Below are positions 62,160-64,000 of a DNA stretch of 64,000 bases, piece after piece. How positions within the stretch are numbered: the first letter of the stretch is position 1; every line of letters starts with the position of its first letter. Source of the stretch: Octopus sinensis (Eukaryota); the NCBI RefSeq assembly GCF_006345805.1, contig NC_043005.1, forward strand, positions 49,848,001 to 49,912,000. The letters are read 5' to 3'. The translations under genes were made by a program, and so were the position numbers. Below the pieces are notes generated by a model. That model ran no database searches, was not told the DNA's origin, and was given only the letters and a program-made list of their open reading frames with translations.

Positions 62160-62522
62160 ACATTACTTGATAAAAGCATGGTTAGGCTTCTAAGTATAAA
62201 GAAGACATAGTGTGAAGGGTTAAATGTCAATATGATTTACCCATAACAATGAATCCAACAATATACATATTCCCTTTTGTTTGAGGGCTCACTAGGGGCA
62301 GTGGGTCGATATGTAATAGAATGGTGAGAATTGAAAACCAAATCCCAGGATACCCAAACATCACAACCAAGCTACATAGTTCCATGTGATTTGAACATCA
62401 CTGTCAGCATCAAGCCAATGTTTGACTCAATTTTCTTCTTGTGCCCTGTAAAGGGCTACTTTTTGTGGTAATTAAATTGCAGAATGCTGAGGCAGCTGAG
62501 TGACACGTGTCTTCATTCTTAC

Positions 62523-62669
62523 CACCCACACCAGATGGCTCAGATAGATGACAGGAACCCTGTTGCCATTTCCAGTTATATTGGGCAAACTGTATGTTGC
62601 CATATCAATAGCTTTCCATAAATTCCAAGTAGTAACTCTCTCCCAGTATCTAATTATTGCTGTTGTTAT
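62523..62669 (-). CDS. Candidate host exon (147 nt, phase 0-0), product unknown
   Basis: On -: acceptor ccttttacag| and donor GTG|gtaaga; only one open frame, ITTAIIRYWERVTTWNLWKAIDMATYSLPNITGNGNRVPVIYLSHLVWV; non-repetitive context. Confidence 0.4.
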
Positions 62670-63456
62670 CTGTAAAAGGCCAACACAGTTTGTTTTTGTG
62701 TGGTAATAAAATCTTCTGTTGAATGTTCGTGGGTCTTCAGTTATTTCTACACGAAGACCAAGAAACATATTTTCATTCATTAGCTCAACCAGCTACCACA
62801 GCAACTCAGCCAACTACCAAGTGACAGAAAAGTATGTAGTAATGGTGGGGAGTATTGAAGCTAGTGAAAGTGACGGTGGTTGAATTGAGATTGATGTTGA
62901 TATATTCTGATGCTGGCACACGATGGTGGTTATGATGGTGATGTGGATAATGTTGAGGACAGCGAAGGTGGTGATGGTGATGTATGCAATGGCATGATGT
63001 CAGTGGTCAGTGAGCTGAAGGAGATGGTTGTGGAGGTGATGGTACAACGATGATGACATCAAAGTAGATGAAAGTGATGGTCATATTGGTGATGGTGGAG
63101 TTAAGGGCTGAGTGTATGGACATGTTGATGAACAGAAAAGGCTGTAAGTGTGTTAAAAAAAAAACCCAAAAATGCTTGAGAATTTTGTCACGGAAAAAAA
63201 AAAAAGAAAATACTGCGGCGATTTAGTTACACTGTAAGAGAAAATAAAATAAATTGAAATGAATTAAGTTCTTCTTTCATGATATTAATTCTAGAAGTTC
63301 ATATTTTTTTCCTCTACAAAATTCACATGCTATAGGCAGTTAGTTTAATTCTGAGGGTTACTGGGTTACCATCATAGTAATAGCAGCAACCATTTTAGCA
63401 GTGACAGTTGCCTTTTGTTCATAACTAGGAATGTTGATATTAAGGAATGACTATTA

Positions 63457-63818
63457 TCTCTCTATATATAAACTGCAAAATGTCTGTGTGTGTGTGTGTG
63501 TATCCTTTATACAAATCCACAATTTTTCAGTTAGAGGGCTTGCACTTTCTATGGTCATTCAAAACCGTCCAAGGGTGATCGTGCACATCTTTACATTTCC
63601 CCAGTCACCCTGCAAAGCCATTAAAAAATCAATAGAATGTGAATTTTCTATCCAAATCCCAATCAAAATGCCCGAAACTTGATATGCCAATTGAATGCCA
63701 ACTAGCTGTATGTGATTGGTCAGAGATTTGGACAGTACTCGCGTGTATGTGCGCACACACACAGCTGTATATGCATGTACTAGCACTATGACACAGCGTT
63801 GCCGGGTCATAGTGCTAG
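63457..63818 (+). mobile_element. Non-autonomous Helitron, distinct subfamily, with a long terminal hairpin
   Basis: A|TCTCTCTATATATAAAC … GTCATAGTGCTAG|T. Confidence 0.85.
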
Positions 63819-63821
63819 TTG

Positions 63822-64000
63822 GTCATAAAACACCTTCCCAAACAAGAAAATGTGTCTAAATTTGGTCAGTATGTCTGTCATAATTTGACTGTTTCTCAGC
63901 TTAAACAAAGAGTATTACTAGCTAGCAAATCTTTTCTGGATAGAATCACCACAAATGATGAAAAGTGGGTGCTCTATGATCATATCCCAATAAAACAATA
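63822..64000 (+). pseudogene. Mariner transposase remnant, runs off the window
   Basis: VIKHLPKQENVSKFGQYVCHNLT…FLDRITTNDEKWVLYD, similar to WVPHEL and FL.RIVTGDEKW. Confidence 0.85.

Overview
AT-rich eukaryotic genomic DNA made mostly of transposable elements and microsatellites. The SINE families and overall make-up point to an octopus (coleoid cephalopod) genome; this is an inference, not a database result. No complete host gene is visible, only a few candidate short exons (+ strand near 16.9-17.1 kb, - strand near 62.6 kb). The best-supported features are: (1) a full-length 4.5-kb Ty3/gypsy LTR retrotransposon (26892-31391, - strand) with a 5-bp TSD, a tRNA-Leu-type PBS and a PPT, inserted into a SINE; (2) many non-autonomous Helitrons, including a seamless head-to-tail dimer, plus a decayed RepHel fragment; (3) three tRNA-derived SINE families; (4) LINE fragments of the L1/Tx1, CR1 and RTE types; (5) hAT, mariner and MITE/foldback remnants; (6) Penelope-like remnants carrying minimal hammerhead-ribozyme motifs. 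I found no wholly new biological system. The most promising leads are the shared 3' tail between a SINE and an L1/Tx1 LINE, repeated SINE insertion at the same target site, the hammerhead motifs, and the rolling-circle Helitron dimer. All alignments and coordinates were done by eye and may be off by a few bases. Most ORFs in the supplied track are microsatellite artefacts.
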